64,000 nucleotides of DNA from assembly GCF_006345805.1 (NCBI RefSeq), contig NC_043010.1, forward strand, positions 11,408,001 to 11,472,000. The letters are read 5' to 3'. Shown in pieces: positions 1 through 13,267 of the stretch. The position numbers and the translations under genes were made by a program. This stretch comes from Octopus sinensis (taxonomy: Eukaryota). Under the pieces are notes generated by a model, which did no database searches, was not told the origin of the DNA, and worked only from the letters and a program-made list of their open reading frames with translations. Position 1 is the stretch's first letter; every line of letters begins with the position of its first letter.

Positions 1-594
1 ATACTGGAGTGGTTTCTAATTGCTTACTCCAGAAAGGTGGGATTTAGACTCAGAATGTAGAGAGCTGGAAAATACACCATAAAGCATTTTTGCCTATGCG
101 CTAGTAATTCTGTCCCTCTCCACCTGCAAAGCAATGTGAAATGAAGTGTTTTGCTCAAGAATACAACTTGCTGCCTGGTCAGAGAATTGAACCCACAATC
201 CAGTGATCATGAGTGCAACACCTTGACCACTAAGCCACACACCTATACTCTGTGTGTGTATGTATAAATGTGAGTTTGTAGGGATGTATTATCCGGGCAG
301 ATACTCTCAGCTAAGTTCCAGTTGATGGCTAACCACAACGACCAGAATTTAACGTCTGTGACTAGAATTAGTAATTAGTCACTCTGTGAATTCTTCCAAT
401 GGGTAATTCCTTGTACTCTTCACTGGTCTGTAAATTTTGTCCACAGCAGAAACATGTATAGATCATTATAATATTCTGTATATAGCTGTAAAACAGATTT
501 TGTGAATGTACAAGACTCCATACACTTTATTATTATTATGATATATACATATCTACACACAAACACACATGCACACATACACATGCTCACACAC

Positions 595-638
<44 letters not shown>

Positions 639-831
639 CTTCCTTTGTAGTTTGATCGTTGATGATCTATTTCTAGCATACGGCCAACTACCTAGCAGTC
701 TTGCCCTGCCAATATACACATATATTAGAATTTTCTCTGACTTCTCAGATGTATGTGGTGGTTGTCTACTCAGATGTATGTGGTGGTTGTCTACTCCTTA
801 TGCAGAATTTGACCATCTCCTGTACTTACAC

Positions 832-1245
832 CTAAGAACTATCACGGCATCTGATGTGGCTTTTTAAACCAGACAATGTATTGAAAAGACACCCACATAG
901 ATTGCACAACTTATTTAGACCACCAAGAGCTGCAGATAAGTTCTGCTCTTTGTGGCTCTTAAAATGTCTTTTGAGGCCTCTGTTAAATTTGCAAATCTTC
1001 TAGCATACACTGCATCGAAAGATGTGCACAGATATATATTGGCAAAGTAGTTGGGGGATTGTTCGTTTTCCATTGGTTCACAAATGAGATTTGAGCCCAG
1101 CAAAAGAAAGGTATGGTCTCTCACAAACTGTGCACTCAAAAAGGGTCATTGTGATTCATCTTCTCAATCGTAAGATTCTTCTTTAAATTTCTCTTGAGTC
1201 TTCATGCATTATCCTGGCCTCTTCGAATGTTTTCACCCCACTCCA
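832..1245 (-). pseudogene. 3' end of an RTE-type LINE ORF with three degenerate C2H2 zinc fingers
   Basis: Single frame, 138 codons, 4 internal stops: WSGVKTFEEAR...FECTVCERPYLSFAGLKSHL*...FRCSVC*KICKFNRGLKRHFKSH...LCNLCGCLFNTLSGLKSHIR. The W..V..FE..R motif plus terminal finger is typical of RTE/BovB C-termini. Confidence 0.75.
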
Positions 1246-1262
1246 CACTTTTGTTCATCATC

Positions 1263-1299
<37 letters not shown>

Positions 1300-1652
1300 T
1301 ATATATATAAACACATTTATGTATGTGTGTTTGTTACTGTCATCTTGCTTTGCCATCATGTAATGGTTGTAAACAAGTGTCACCATCATGCAAGTGGTGT
1401 TGTTAATTTCATCACTTCAATGTGTGATCATGGGAGAAATATTATCTTACTTGGAAACAGGTAAGGATGATGGACAGGATGGGGATGTAGAAAATCCAGC
1501 TTAGGAAATTCCATTCAACCATTGCAAGCATGGAAAAGTGGATGCTAAAGCTACAATGACGCTGACAATGTTTTGTGAAAGCCAACTTTTCAAGCATTTG
1601 CTTTGAGTCCCATAGTTACATAACAAAATATCTTTTATCTTTTATTTGTTTT

Positions 1653-2049
1653 ACGGCCACGTTCAGATCGTAGAAAGCACCATCTGAACGTGGCCGATGC
1701 CAGCGCCGCCTCGACTGGCTTCTGTGCCGGTGGCACGTAAAAAGCACCATCCGAGCGTGGCCGATGCCAGGGCCGCCCTGACTGGCTTCCGTGCCAGTGG
1801 CACGTTAAAAGCACCAACCAATCGTGGCCGCTGCCAGACTCCCCCGGCACCTGTGCTGGTGGCACGTAAAAAGTACCCACTACACTAGTGGAGTGGTTGG
1901 CGTTAGGAAGGACATCCAGCTGTAGAAACACTGCCAGATCAGACTGGAGCCTGGTGCAGCCTCCTGGCTTCCCAGACCCCAGTCGAACCGTCCAACCTGT
2001 GCTAGCGCAGAAAACGGACGTTAAACGATGATGATGATGATGATGATGA
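1653..2049 (+). mobile_element. Family E retroposon with ~3-4 related 65-bp monomers
   Basis: Repeated GTGCC.GTGGCACGTAAAAAGCACC, then the core and a GTTAAACGATGATGATG tail. Confidence 0.8.
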
Positions 2050-3227
2050 TTCCATGAAGAATTTTAGTCAAACGAATTGACCCCAGGACTTATTTTTTTA
2101 AAACCTGATACTTATTCTATTGGTCTTCCTTTGCTGAACTACCAAGTTATGGGGACATAAACACACCAACGTCAGTTGTCAACACACACACACATAAATA
2201 CAATGGACTCCTTTCAGTTTCCATCCACCAAATCTATTCACAAAGCGGTTTGGTTGGCCTGAAGCTACAGTAGAAGACATTTGCCCAAGGTACCATACAA
2301 TGGGACTGAACTGGAACTATGTGTTTACCACACAGCCATTCCTACTAATCTTAAGTCTAAAACTTGGTGTAGAAATAGTAGGCCTTCTACAATCTTTTCA
2401 TAGGCATTTTAAATTTTTTTCTATTTAAATCTTTGAAATGACAGCTAAATTTCACATCAGTATATGTTATTTATTTTCTGTTTCAGAGAACTGTGTTTGG
2501 TTTGCCATGTTTGGATTTCTCTGATGTTTTGTTAATTGATATATTCTGCTAATAATCTTTTATACAGTTTGTGTGTATTCTACATCAGTTTAAGCTAGCT
2601 TCTTATATGTCAAGTTTCTGGATTATCTTTTCAATGAATTAATTGCAATCGACAGGGTATTGGTCACTAAGTCATGTCTTGAGGAATTGTGATGATATTT
2701 TCAAACAACTACTAATGATGTAAGTCATAATCTGCCATTAATCCCCCTTAATCTATGCCATTTGTCACATTTGGGAATATTACTGACATCACAAAGCTGC
2801 AATATGATAAAGTTGTTAGGGTGCTTGATGGAAATGCCTTGTGGTATTTGTCCTGCCCCTCTGTGCTTTGAGTTCAAATCTGCCCAAGGTTAAACGTTAT
2901 CTTTAATTCTTTTGCAGGGTAGAAAACATAAAATACCAGTTTAAGGCAGTGGATTGGTGGAATTTGTATATGTGTAATGTGTGTGTATATACTCACAAGG
3001 CTTTGGTCGGCCCGAGGCTATAGTGGAAGACACTTGCCCAAGGTGCCATGCAGTGGGACTGAACCCGGAACCATGTACCTAGATTTTATCATGAAGATAA
3101 ATAAGATAGATGTCCTATTGAATTTTCTTGTGTCAACTAGTTTATATCCAGTATTATAATCAACTATACATTCTAAATTATAATATAAAAATTATTATTA
3201 TTATTACTATTATTTATATTATTATTA

Positions 3228-3261
<34 letters not shown>

Positions 3262-3303
3262 CATCATTACTATTTATTATTATTATTATTATTATTACTA
3301 CTG

Positions 3304-3686
3304 GGAAGCACTCCGTCGGTTACGACGATGAGGGTTCCGGTTGATCCAAATCAACGGAACAGCCTGCTCATGAAATTAACGTGTAAGTGGCTGAGCACTC
3401 CACAGACACGTGTACCCTTAACGTAGTTCTCGGGGATATTCAGTGTGACACAGAGAGTGACAAGGCCGGCCCTTTGAAATACAGGTACAACAGAAACAGG
3501 AAGTAAGAGTGAGAGAAAGTTGTGGTGAAAGAGTACAGCAGGGTTCACCACCACCCCCTGCAGGAGCCTTGTGAAGCTTTAGGTGTTTTCGCTCAATAAA
3601 CACTCACAACGCCCATTCTGGGAATCGAAACCGCGATCCTATGACCGCGAGTCCACTGCCCTAACCACTGGGCCATTGCGCCTCCA
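3304..3686 (-). mobile_element. tRNA-derived SINE, family B (tail type 1)
   Basis: Head GGAGGCGCAATGGCCCAGTGGTTAGGGCAG with A/B boxes, tail AACCCTCATCGTCGTAACCGACGGAGTGCTTCC. Confidence 0.9.
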
Positions 3687-4487
3687 CTTATTACTACTAC
3701 TATTATAATTAGTAGTAGCAGCAGCAGTAGCAGCAGCAGTAGTAGTAGTAGTAGTACTATTAGTTTCATTTGTTAGAACTTATTAAAAATTATTTATTTA
3801 AAAAAAAAAAATGCTTAGCCAATGTTCAGTGTAAACTGTTTCACATTTAGATGTTCATTAATAAGTTTCTCATCCTAATTGCTTTCGAAATTCTGGTGAT
3901 TAATGTTGCATACCACAAAGAAGTATTTTTAGAGCTTCTTACATTTGAGTACTGTTTGAAGGAGCTTTTGAAAAATTTCTTCTTTTGGATTACATTTATT
4001 CACATCAGTAATAGCTTTGACATATTTCCAGCCCTGTCATCATGGCTTCCACTTCAACTTCATGATGAATAGCCAACCAATTTTCAAACTCTTTCCTTTG
4101 TATATCCTCTGGGATTCTATCAAGAATTTCATTTGTAATAAGCTCTTACTTCCTTGTGAACGGGAGTTTCTGAGCTTGTTTTTTTTTTACTTTAAAAAAA
4201 AAATGTTTTTCTTTAAACAATTTTGATAACAATATTTGGAGCTTTTATTCTAATAAAAAAAATAATTTTTAATTCATTTTAAATAAATTGTTTGGGACCT
4301 CCCTAAAACTTGTTTCCATGACATTGCAGGTGTATATAATGCATTAACAAAGGAGACTGAGTTTGTGTCAGATTGGCTTTGGACATCTTCAATGTCAGTT
4401 GGACATGTCTATGTGATTAAGAAGCTCGCTTTGTTAACACATGGTTTCAGGTTCAGTTCCAAAACCTGGCACCTTGTGTATGTATAT

Positions 4488-4780
4488 CACGAGATCACGT
4501 GACTGACCAGACCATCAGATGTTGCTACACATCGCTGATCACAATGCGTTCGCATTGTTTTAGCCTTCGAATGACACCACCACGCTGGCTAAGCAAGCAG
4601 GCGAACAGAAGAAAGAGTGAGAGAAAGAGTACAGCAGGGATCACTACCCCCTGCCGGAGCCCCGTGGAGCTTTAAGGTGTTTTCGCTCAATAAACACACA
4701 CAACGCCCAGTCTGGGAATCGAAACCGCGATCCTACGACCGCGAGTTCGCTGCCCTAACCACTAGGCCATTGCGCCTCCA
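4488..4780 (-). mobile_element. SINE family B head with tail type 2; a tail-only fragment also lies at ~44325-44432 (+)
   Basis: Same head and body to CTCTCACTCTT, then GCCTGCTTGCTTAGCCAGCG...CTGATGGTCTGGTCAGTCACGTGAT. Confidence 0.8.
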
Positions 4781-5604
4781 CGTGTGTGTATATATAATAT
4801 ATATAATCAAAAGGGCTTCATGAAGAATGAAGAATTATATATCCTCAAAATTCAGCATTCTTCATTATATGCCTTGATTATATACTCTGTATGCTGTATG
4901 AAATCTAATAGAGTAAACTCAGGATTTACCTATCAAGTAAAGTACTATTTAATCCATTAACTTAAACAAGCAGGCACAGGAGTGGCTGTGTGGTAAGTAG
5001 CTTGCTCACCAACTACATGGTTCAGGGTTTAGTCCCACTGCATGGCACCTCTGGCAAGTGTTTTCTACTATAGCCTCGGGCCGACCAAAGCCTTATGAGT
5101 GGATTTAGTAGACGCAAACTGAAAGAAGCCCATAAATTTAACCTTTAAAGGTATTTTGTAATATGCTGGCCATTGATAGAAATTTTTTCGAAAAATGTTA
5201 TCCTATATTAGATGTAAATTTAATAGTGTTCACCTCCGGACTCTCTCACTCTATGAGAGTTTACAGTCCAATTGCATGTGTCTCGAGGTGTGCTGGAGAA
5301 TTTCTATTTTGGATATATTTGGGGTACTTAATTGTGCTCATGACTTAATGTTTGCTTCTTCCATAGGTGTAAGTAAGTATTTCATTTATTTCTTTGCCGC
5401 ATTTATCGCTGACGAAGAGAAGGTTCTTATGAATTAACTCTGAAATCGGGTTCGATATGATAATAACGGAATTTTTTAGTAATTTCTGTCAGCTTTCTTT
5501 GAGACGCGTTCTTATAGTGATGAATTATATGGTTATTGACAATGTGTCTGTTTTTGGCATATTTGACATTAGAAACTTTTTTCTTTTGCCATTGTTTATA
5601 AGTT

Positions 5605-5641
<37 letters not shown>

Positions 5642-5735
5642 ATCCAAACAAGAAAACACAAAAAAACACAACAATGCGAGGACGTGGAACAAATATAGTA
5701 TTATTGGACGCTCAGAAAAGAAGGAAAGAAGGAGG

Positions 5736-5770
5736 GTTTAACGTTTCGAGCGGAGCTCTTCGTCGGAAAC
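5736..5770 (-). ncRNA. Minimal hammerhead-like motif (U4C variant) in a related repeat (~5640-5770)
   Basis: GUUU-CCGACGA-A-GAGC(UCC)GCUC-GAAA-CG-UU-AAAC. Confidence 0.5.
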
Positions 5771-6944
5771 ATATATATATATATATATATGTGTGTGTAA
5801 GTATGAATCTATACATCTATATCACTCATAATATTTTAGTTTTCATAAGGCGGGAAGCTGGCGGAATTGTTAGCATGCTAGGAAAAATGCATAGTGGCAT
5901 TCATCTGTATTTACATTCTAAGTTCAAATTCTGCTGAGGTCGACTTTGCCTTTCATCATTTTGGTTGGGGAGGGGTCAAGAAAATGAATACCAGTCAAGC
6001 ACTGGGGTCAATGTAATCTACTTATTCCCTCCCACCAAATTGCTGGTGTTGTGCCAAAATTTAAGACCAATACTTTTTATTTTTCGTGAAAAAGATATAC
6101 ATTTAAATATACGCATACCTTTTGTATATACATCTGTGACCTCCTGAATTTAATTAGTGGGCCTATTCATTAAGAAATACAATATACATACATCATTATA
6201 AACTTCTTACACTTAGCTCAACCAATTAAAAGTAAAACAGCAGTTTGTATAAGATTTCGTTTTTGTCTTTTTAAAAAGAAATATCTGAAAGCTATCTGGC
6301 ATCTTACTGCATTTTCTGAGTAGCTGGGAGCAGGGAAACTTAGTCAAACCACTCAAACATCCCAGTTACAGATGCTTGTTTTCATCTTTTATACTTTATT
6401 ATAGTATTGTATATATGCAGGAATTAACGACTTTATTAATGTTATTCCTTTTATATTTGTATATTATTTTGTATATTTGTATACTTGTACACAATATTAC
6501 TTCTTATTTTTAATTCTTAAATTGACTTGTGATTGGATAATTAAATCACAATGAATCTTTTTTTCTTCAAATCGTCTCAACATGAAACAGTTCTTTTTAA
6601 GAAATATCTGACACTCTCAAAAGAATGGGAATGCAAGAATAAAATAATGAAAAAAAAAAAATTAAATAACAGAAACAAGAAAAGTTATTTTCTTTAAGAC
6701 AATTGTACGCTGATTGACAATTAACTTTTACTGTGACATTTAGAAAATACTATTCAGAAATATCAGTAAACTTTTTTTTATTCATTTCTCAGCTCTCAGT
6801 GTGTATGTGAGATCAATCAATGGGAAGAAAGTGGAAATAACTTCCTATTTCAAAAGAAAAGAAAACTATTCATAGTTCGTTCTATTTCTGCGCTTATTTC
6901 ATTGGTTCATTGAACTTACTGACATCTCCTACATCTCCTATTTT

Positions 6945-6958
6945 CCTCTTTATTATTG

Positions 6959-7017
<59 letters not shown>

Positions 7018-7296
7018 ATTATTATTATTATTACTATTATTATTATTGTCATTATTATTATTATTATTATTACTATTATTATTATTGATTATTATTATTA
7101 TTATATTATTATTATTATTATTATTATACTATTATTATTATTGTCATTATTATTATTATTATATTATTATTAATACTATTATTATTATATTACTATTATT
7201 ATTATTGTCATTATTATTATTATTATTATATTATTATTATTATGTCATTTATTATTATTACTTATTACTATTACTATTACTATTATTATTACTATA

Positions 7297-7327
<31 letters not shown>

Positions 7328-7530
7328 TATATATTATTATTATTTTATCATTATTTTATTATTATTATTATTATTAACATTACTATTATTATTATATTAT
7401 TATTATTATTATTATAATATTATTATTGTTATTATTATTATTATTATTATTATCATTATTATTATTATTATTATTATTAATATTATTATTATTATTATTA
7501 TCATTATTATTATTAATGCCATCATTGGCA
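6945..7530. repeat. (ATT)n microsatellite
   Basis: Direct reading; source of the poly-I/L/Y ORFs. Confidence 0.97.
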
Positions 7531-8085
7531 TCATCATTAGTTTTTTATTTATTTCTTTAGCCTATGTTCTACAAAGGGAAAAAATTGGCACGTGTCTCTA
7601 TTCTTACTGACTCAAAGATTGAATAGTCCCGTTAATTTCGTGTAAGATTGTAAGTTTGGCACCATTCAGTTTCTTTCTGATTTCTACAAAATCTTCATTT
7701 AAGTTACCGAACGTAATCTTTTATCCTTTATTTTTTTTACTTGTTTCAGTCATTGGGCTGTCACAACACTGAAGCACGACCTTGAAGGGTTTGCATTGAA
7801 CAAATCAACCTCAGTACTAATTTTTAAGCCCAGTGCTTATTATATTGGTCTCTTTAGTCAAACCACTAAGTTATGAAAAGTAAACAAACCATCACCAGTT
7901 GTCAAGCAATGGTGGGGGACAGACAGAAGCAAAAAGACACTAAGATGTATGTGTTTGTGTGTGTGCATATATATATATAGACATATACATATATACATAC
8001 ATATATATATATATATGCATACATACATATATATATATATGTGTGTGTGTGTATATATATATAAATATATATATATGTATGTATG

Positions 8086-8162
<77 letters not shown>

Positions 8163-8319
8163 ATATATATATATTTATACATATATATAGATATATATGT
8201 GTGTGTTTGTATATATATATATATATATATACATACACATACATATATGACATGCTTCTTTCAGTTTCTGCCTATCACAAGGGTTTGGCTGGCCCAGGAT
8301 ATACATATTTATATATATA

Positions 8320-9199
8320 CAGGGTGCGATGAATATGTTGTCATCTAAATTACACAAAAATGAAAATAACACTGACATCTCATTTTAACAGAAATATTTA
8401 CCAAAATTGCTTTAAAATATCTTGAAATACTAAAAGAGTAAATTAATTCAATAAAATCTCCATTGGCTTCAAACACGGCCTTCAGATGACTTTGGAATTT
8501 ACTGCAACTCTTCTGGATAGTCTCCTTGTTTAAGGTAGTGAATGCTGCCATAATCCTTGCCTTCAGTTCACCTTTAGTGTTACAAGGAGTTTTGTTGGTC
8601 TCTCACTCAACTGCACCCCACACATAATAATCAAGGGGGTTGCAGTCTGGTGAGTTAGATGGCCAGATGTGAGGAGTGATGTGGTTGCAGAAATTGTCTG
8701 ATAGCCATGACTGAGTTCTCTTGATGTGTGGCTTTGTGCAGAGTCCTGCAGCCAGACATAGGGTCTTTCAACAGCCACCTTCTTAACCTAGGGCAGCACT
8801 ACCTCCTCCAGGCATTAGATGTAGACCTCTGTTTTGAATCTGAAGCCATGTGTGAAGATGAATGGAGGCATAAGGCCACTATGACAAGTGATCACTTTAA
8901 ATACCATGATGTTGATAGGATTTTTAATGTTTAGCAATCCTGGTACATGCACTGTCCTCAAATTGACTCCTAAACACTCGGAAATGTTCGTATTGGAGCT
9001 TCTGGTATGAATGCCAAGCAATAAAGCATGTCATTTCCAAATTTCTGGCAGAGTGAATTTCGTCATGGTGCTGTTTTTCTCACAGACAGTGCCCAACTGA
9101 CCCTACTAAACTGAATAAAAATATAAGAAAATAAAAAGCAAACAATGTGCATGCACGAAATTAATTATATAAAAGGGCAACAATTTACCAATCACACTG
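8320..9199 (-). mobile_element. Internally deleted maT-type (DD37D) Tc1/mariner element with transposase relic
   Basis: Frameshift-corrected YVWLQDSAQSHTS..QSWLSDNFCNHITPHIWPSNSPDCNPLDYYVWGAVE*ETNK...EANGDFIE has 37 residues between the 2nd and 3rd catalytic D. Imperfect TIRs: (TA)CAGGGTGCGATGAATATGTTGTC and CAGTGTGATTGGTAAATTGTTG. Confidence 0.85.
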
Positions 9200-9846
9200 T
9201 GTGTGTGTATATATATATATATATATAATATATTATATACACACACACATATCTATATATATACACATAGATACACACACACACACATATTGCATATATA
9301 TATATATATATATATAATTATATATTATATATATCTTATTTTGATAAAAAATCTTTAAATCCACAAACTAGAATATTTCAGAGTAAGCCATGAAAATAAA
9401 TCCTGTTTGTCCCATAAGAATAATCTGATAAATAATTAATAAATAAATAAAAAAATAAATGAATAAATAAATAATATTTAATAAATCCTGGAAATATAAA
9501 AATAAATATGACAGTGAAATCAATGAACTGAATAAGAAATACGACTTAACCTTTTGTAATTTTTAACATTATTCTTATAACGTATGACTCATTTGACATA
9601 CGTTAGTTACCACGTTTAAGGATCACTGATTACACACACAAACACACACACGAACACACTCTCTCTCTCACACACCACGTATTCTAGCTTTTTTTTGCTA
9701 TTTTCCAAGTTTCAGTTCTTGAACCGCAGCCATTGTGGGGCACCATTTTCATGTCAACTTCCCAGAACTGGTACTTACGCTTGGTACTTAACGTGTAAAT
9801 CTCTACATTGCTCTCTCTCTCCCTCTCCTCTCTCTCTCTATCTATA

Positions 9847-9877
<31 letters not shown>

Positions 9878-10189
9878 TTATATGCATAATATATATATAT
9901 ATATATATATATACATACATACATACATAGATAAATATATATACATACATAGATAAATTATATTCATTTGCTAAAAAAAAAAGACGAAACTGCAGTAATG
10001 AGCTGAGTTTGTAAACGTTTTTGATTTTCATTTCATGAATTTATCCCCCTTTTTGTGTATCTAGTACTTGCTTCTTCTTTTAGAGGCCTTTTAATGTACT
10101 TATATATGAATAACATATAGTCTAATGACTAATTTGTCTTTTGTGGTAGATCACTGGTAATAATAATTTATTTTATTACCCTATTTACT

Positions 10190-10425
<236 letters not shown>

Positions 10426-10436
10426 ATATTTTTATT

Positions 10437-10670
10437 AAGGCGGCAAGCTGGCAGAATCGTTAGCACGCCGGGTGAAATGCGTCGCGGTGTTTCGTCTGCC
10501 ATTACGTTGTGAGTTCAAATTCCGCCAAGGTCGACTTTGCCTTTCATCCTTTCGGGGTCGATAATTAATGTACCAGTTACACACTGGGGTCGATGTATTC
10601 GACTTGATCCCTTTGTCTGTCTTTGTTTGTCCCCTCTATGTTTGGCCCATTGTGAGCAATAAAGAAATAT
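10437..10670 (+). mobile_element. SINE family C
   Basis: AAGGCGGCAAGCTGGCAGAA...AATAAAGAAATA. Confidence 0.88.
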
Positions 10671-10680
10671 ATATATATTT

Positions 10681-11098
10681 TTTTACTTGTTTCAGTCATT
10701 TGACTGTGGCTATGCTGGAGTATCACCTTTAGTCAAACAAATCAACCCCAGGACTTATTCTTTGTAGGTCTAGTACATATTCTAAGGGTCTCTTTTGCCA
10801 AACCACTAAATTATGGAAATGTAAACGCATCAGTGTTGGTTAACAAGTGATGTTGGGGTGACAAACACAGACACACAAACACACAGACACACAAACACAC
10901 AGACACACACACACATACATATACATTTTTATGTATATACGACAGGCTTCTTTCAGTTTCTGTCTACGAAATCCACTCACAAGGCTTTGGTTGGTTCAAG
11001 GCTATAGTAGAAGACACTTGCTCAAGGTGCCATTCAGTGGGACTGAACCCAGAACCATGTGGTTGGTAAGCAAATTACTTACCACACAGCCACTCCTG
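10681..11098 (-). mobile_element. SINE family A
   Basis: Full-length older copy. Confidence 0.85.
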
Positions 11099-11101
11099 TG
11101 C

Positions 11102-11150
<49 letters not shown>

Positions 11151-11227
11151 TAAATATATATATATTATTCAGCATTCTGTATGTTTTTAATCTTTTCGCT
11201 GAATTGTCATGTCAGATGTAATAATAA

Positions 11228-11272
<45 letters not shown>

Positions 11273-11444
11273 CATAGATATAGATATAGATTATATACAT
11301 ACACACACACACACACAACACATAAATAATATATTTAAATTACAAAGGTAAGGGGACTAGAACATCATCCAATTTTTCTTTTAATTTTCCAATTAGTGAT
11401 AACAGCATAATTTGTTTCAGCTGCACAGAGTATGTTATGTGTGT

Positions 11445-11905
11445 ATATATGTATGTATGTATGTATGCATGTATGTATGTATGTATGTATGTATGTATGT
11501 ATGTATGTATGTATGTATGTATGTATGTATGTATGTATGTATGTATGTATGTATGTATGTATGTATGTATATATGTATGTATGTATATATGTATGTATGT
11601 ATGTGTGTATGTATGTATGTATGTATGTATGCATGCATGTATGTATGTATGTTTGTATGTATGTATGTATGTGTGTATGTATGTATGTATGCATGCATGT
11701 ATGCATGTATGTATGTGTGTATGTATGTATGTATGCATGTTTGTATGTATGTATGTATGTATGTATGTGTGTATGCATGTATGCATGTATGTATGTATTA
11801 TGTATGCATGTATGTGTGTATGTATGTACGTATGTATGTATGCATGTATGTATGTATGTATGCATGTATGCATGTATGTATGTATGTACGTGTGTATGTA
11901 TGTAT
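11445..11905. repeat. (ATGT)n microsatellite; similar tracts at ~21080-21720, ~22575-23015 and ~36364-36925
   Basis: Direct reading; source of the MYVC/HTYI ORFs. Confidence 0.97.
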
Positions 11906-11976
11906 TTATGATAGTATACATCTGTATTTATATATGCATATGGGACAAGACAGTAAAGTTGTATCATGAATGTATA

Positions 11977-12038
<62 letters not shown>

Positions 12039-12730
12039 GCGTGTAAATGTAAGAAAGGAGGGATTAGATTATCCAGGTATTTACCACAGGAATCACTCAA
12101 CACCTCGAAGCTATCTGAAGTTGGATAAATAAGAGTTTCTCCTCTGAAAACTCATGTTTCAAACAAGTGGAAAATCCATAAGGTTTACTTCTATCATAGA
12201 TAAAACAAGTGAAGAATGGCATTTATGAAATAATGTATATTAAGGCGGTTTACAATTGTTTCATCAAGTTGAGGCGACCAGTCACTCATCATGTCTGTAG
12301 ACATTGATGATAATGATGAATTAGTCAGCAAAGTTTGAAGCTGTTATGTGATATACATAATTAGGCTACTATTTCTAGCACCAGCTATTAATGTATGTAA
12401 TCTATGCAATTAATCATTGTTCAGACAAATGTGTATCTATTCTTGACAGCTATATAAACACAGAGCTTAAATTAAATGTTTATTTGTTTCCAACACAAAG
12501 CAATGCCATATGTTCTATAAAATGGTAATTTCAACAGCTTATCAACTCCATTCCTCAGTGTGACATGTAATCAAAGCTGCTAAGCCTGTCTTGATCTTCT
12601 ATAAAGCCCCATATATGTGCAACATTCGTGTGTACCTGATTACTATGGTAAAATATCACACTCGCTCACACACATGCACACACACACACACAAACACATA
12701 CATACATACACACACACATGCATGTGGAAT

Positions 12731-13114
12731 GGAAGCACTCTGTCGGTTACGACGAGGGTTCCGGTTGATCCAAATCAACGGAACAGTCTGCTCGTGAAGT
12801 TAACGTGTAAGTGGATGAGCACTCCACAGACACGTGTACCCTTAACGTAGTTCTCGGGGATATTCAGCGTGACACAGAGTGTGACAAGGCCGGCCCTTTG
12901 AAATACAGGTACAACAGAAACAGGAAGTAAGAGTGAGAGAAAGTTGTGGTGAAAGAGTACAGCAGGGATCACCACCATCCCCTGCCAGAGCCTCGTGGAG
13001 CTTTAGGTGTTTTCGCTCAATAAACAAACACTCACAACGCCCGGTCTGGGAATCAAAACCGCGATCCTATGACGGCGAGTCCGCTGCCCTAACCACTGGG
13101 CCATTGCGCCTCCA
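12731..13114 (-). mobile_element. SINE family B (tail type 1)
   Basis: Near-identical to 3304-3686. CACATGCATGT occurs on both flanks. Confidence 0.9.
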
Positions 13115-13267
13115 CTCACATGCATGTCCTAGTTAAGAGACTTACATTTTATGTAACCTGTTAACCAGTTCTTGGTTGACTCCTAACTAGCCAGAAAGAA
13201 TAAACTTGTGGCTGAAGGCATTCCCATAATAACCATTTCATATTTCATATGTACAGCACTATATTTT

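Noticed and set aside
744-796. 25-bp direct duplication
   Set aside because: A simple local slippage duplication in the RTE 3' UTR, with no further significance seen.
3351-3554. Conserved 67-aa protein MVVxPAVLFHHNF found four times
   Set aside because: It is an incidental ORF within family B SINE copies.
11340-12132. MYVC/HTYI-repeat ORFs up to 231 aa (also near 21 kb, 36.5 kb and 38.5 kb)
   Set aside because: (ATGT)n and (AT/AC)n tracts lack stop codons by composition.
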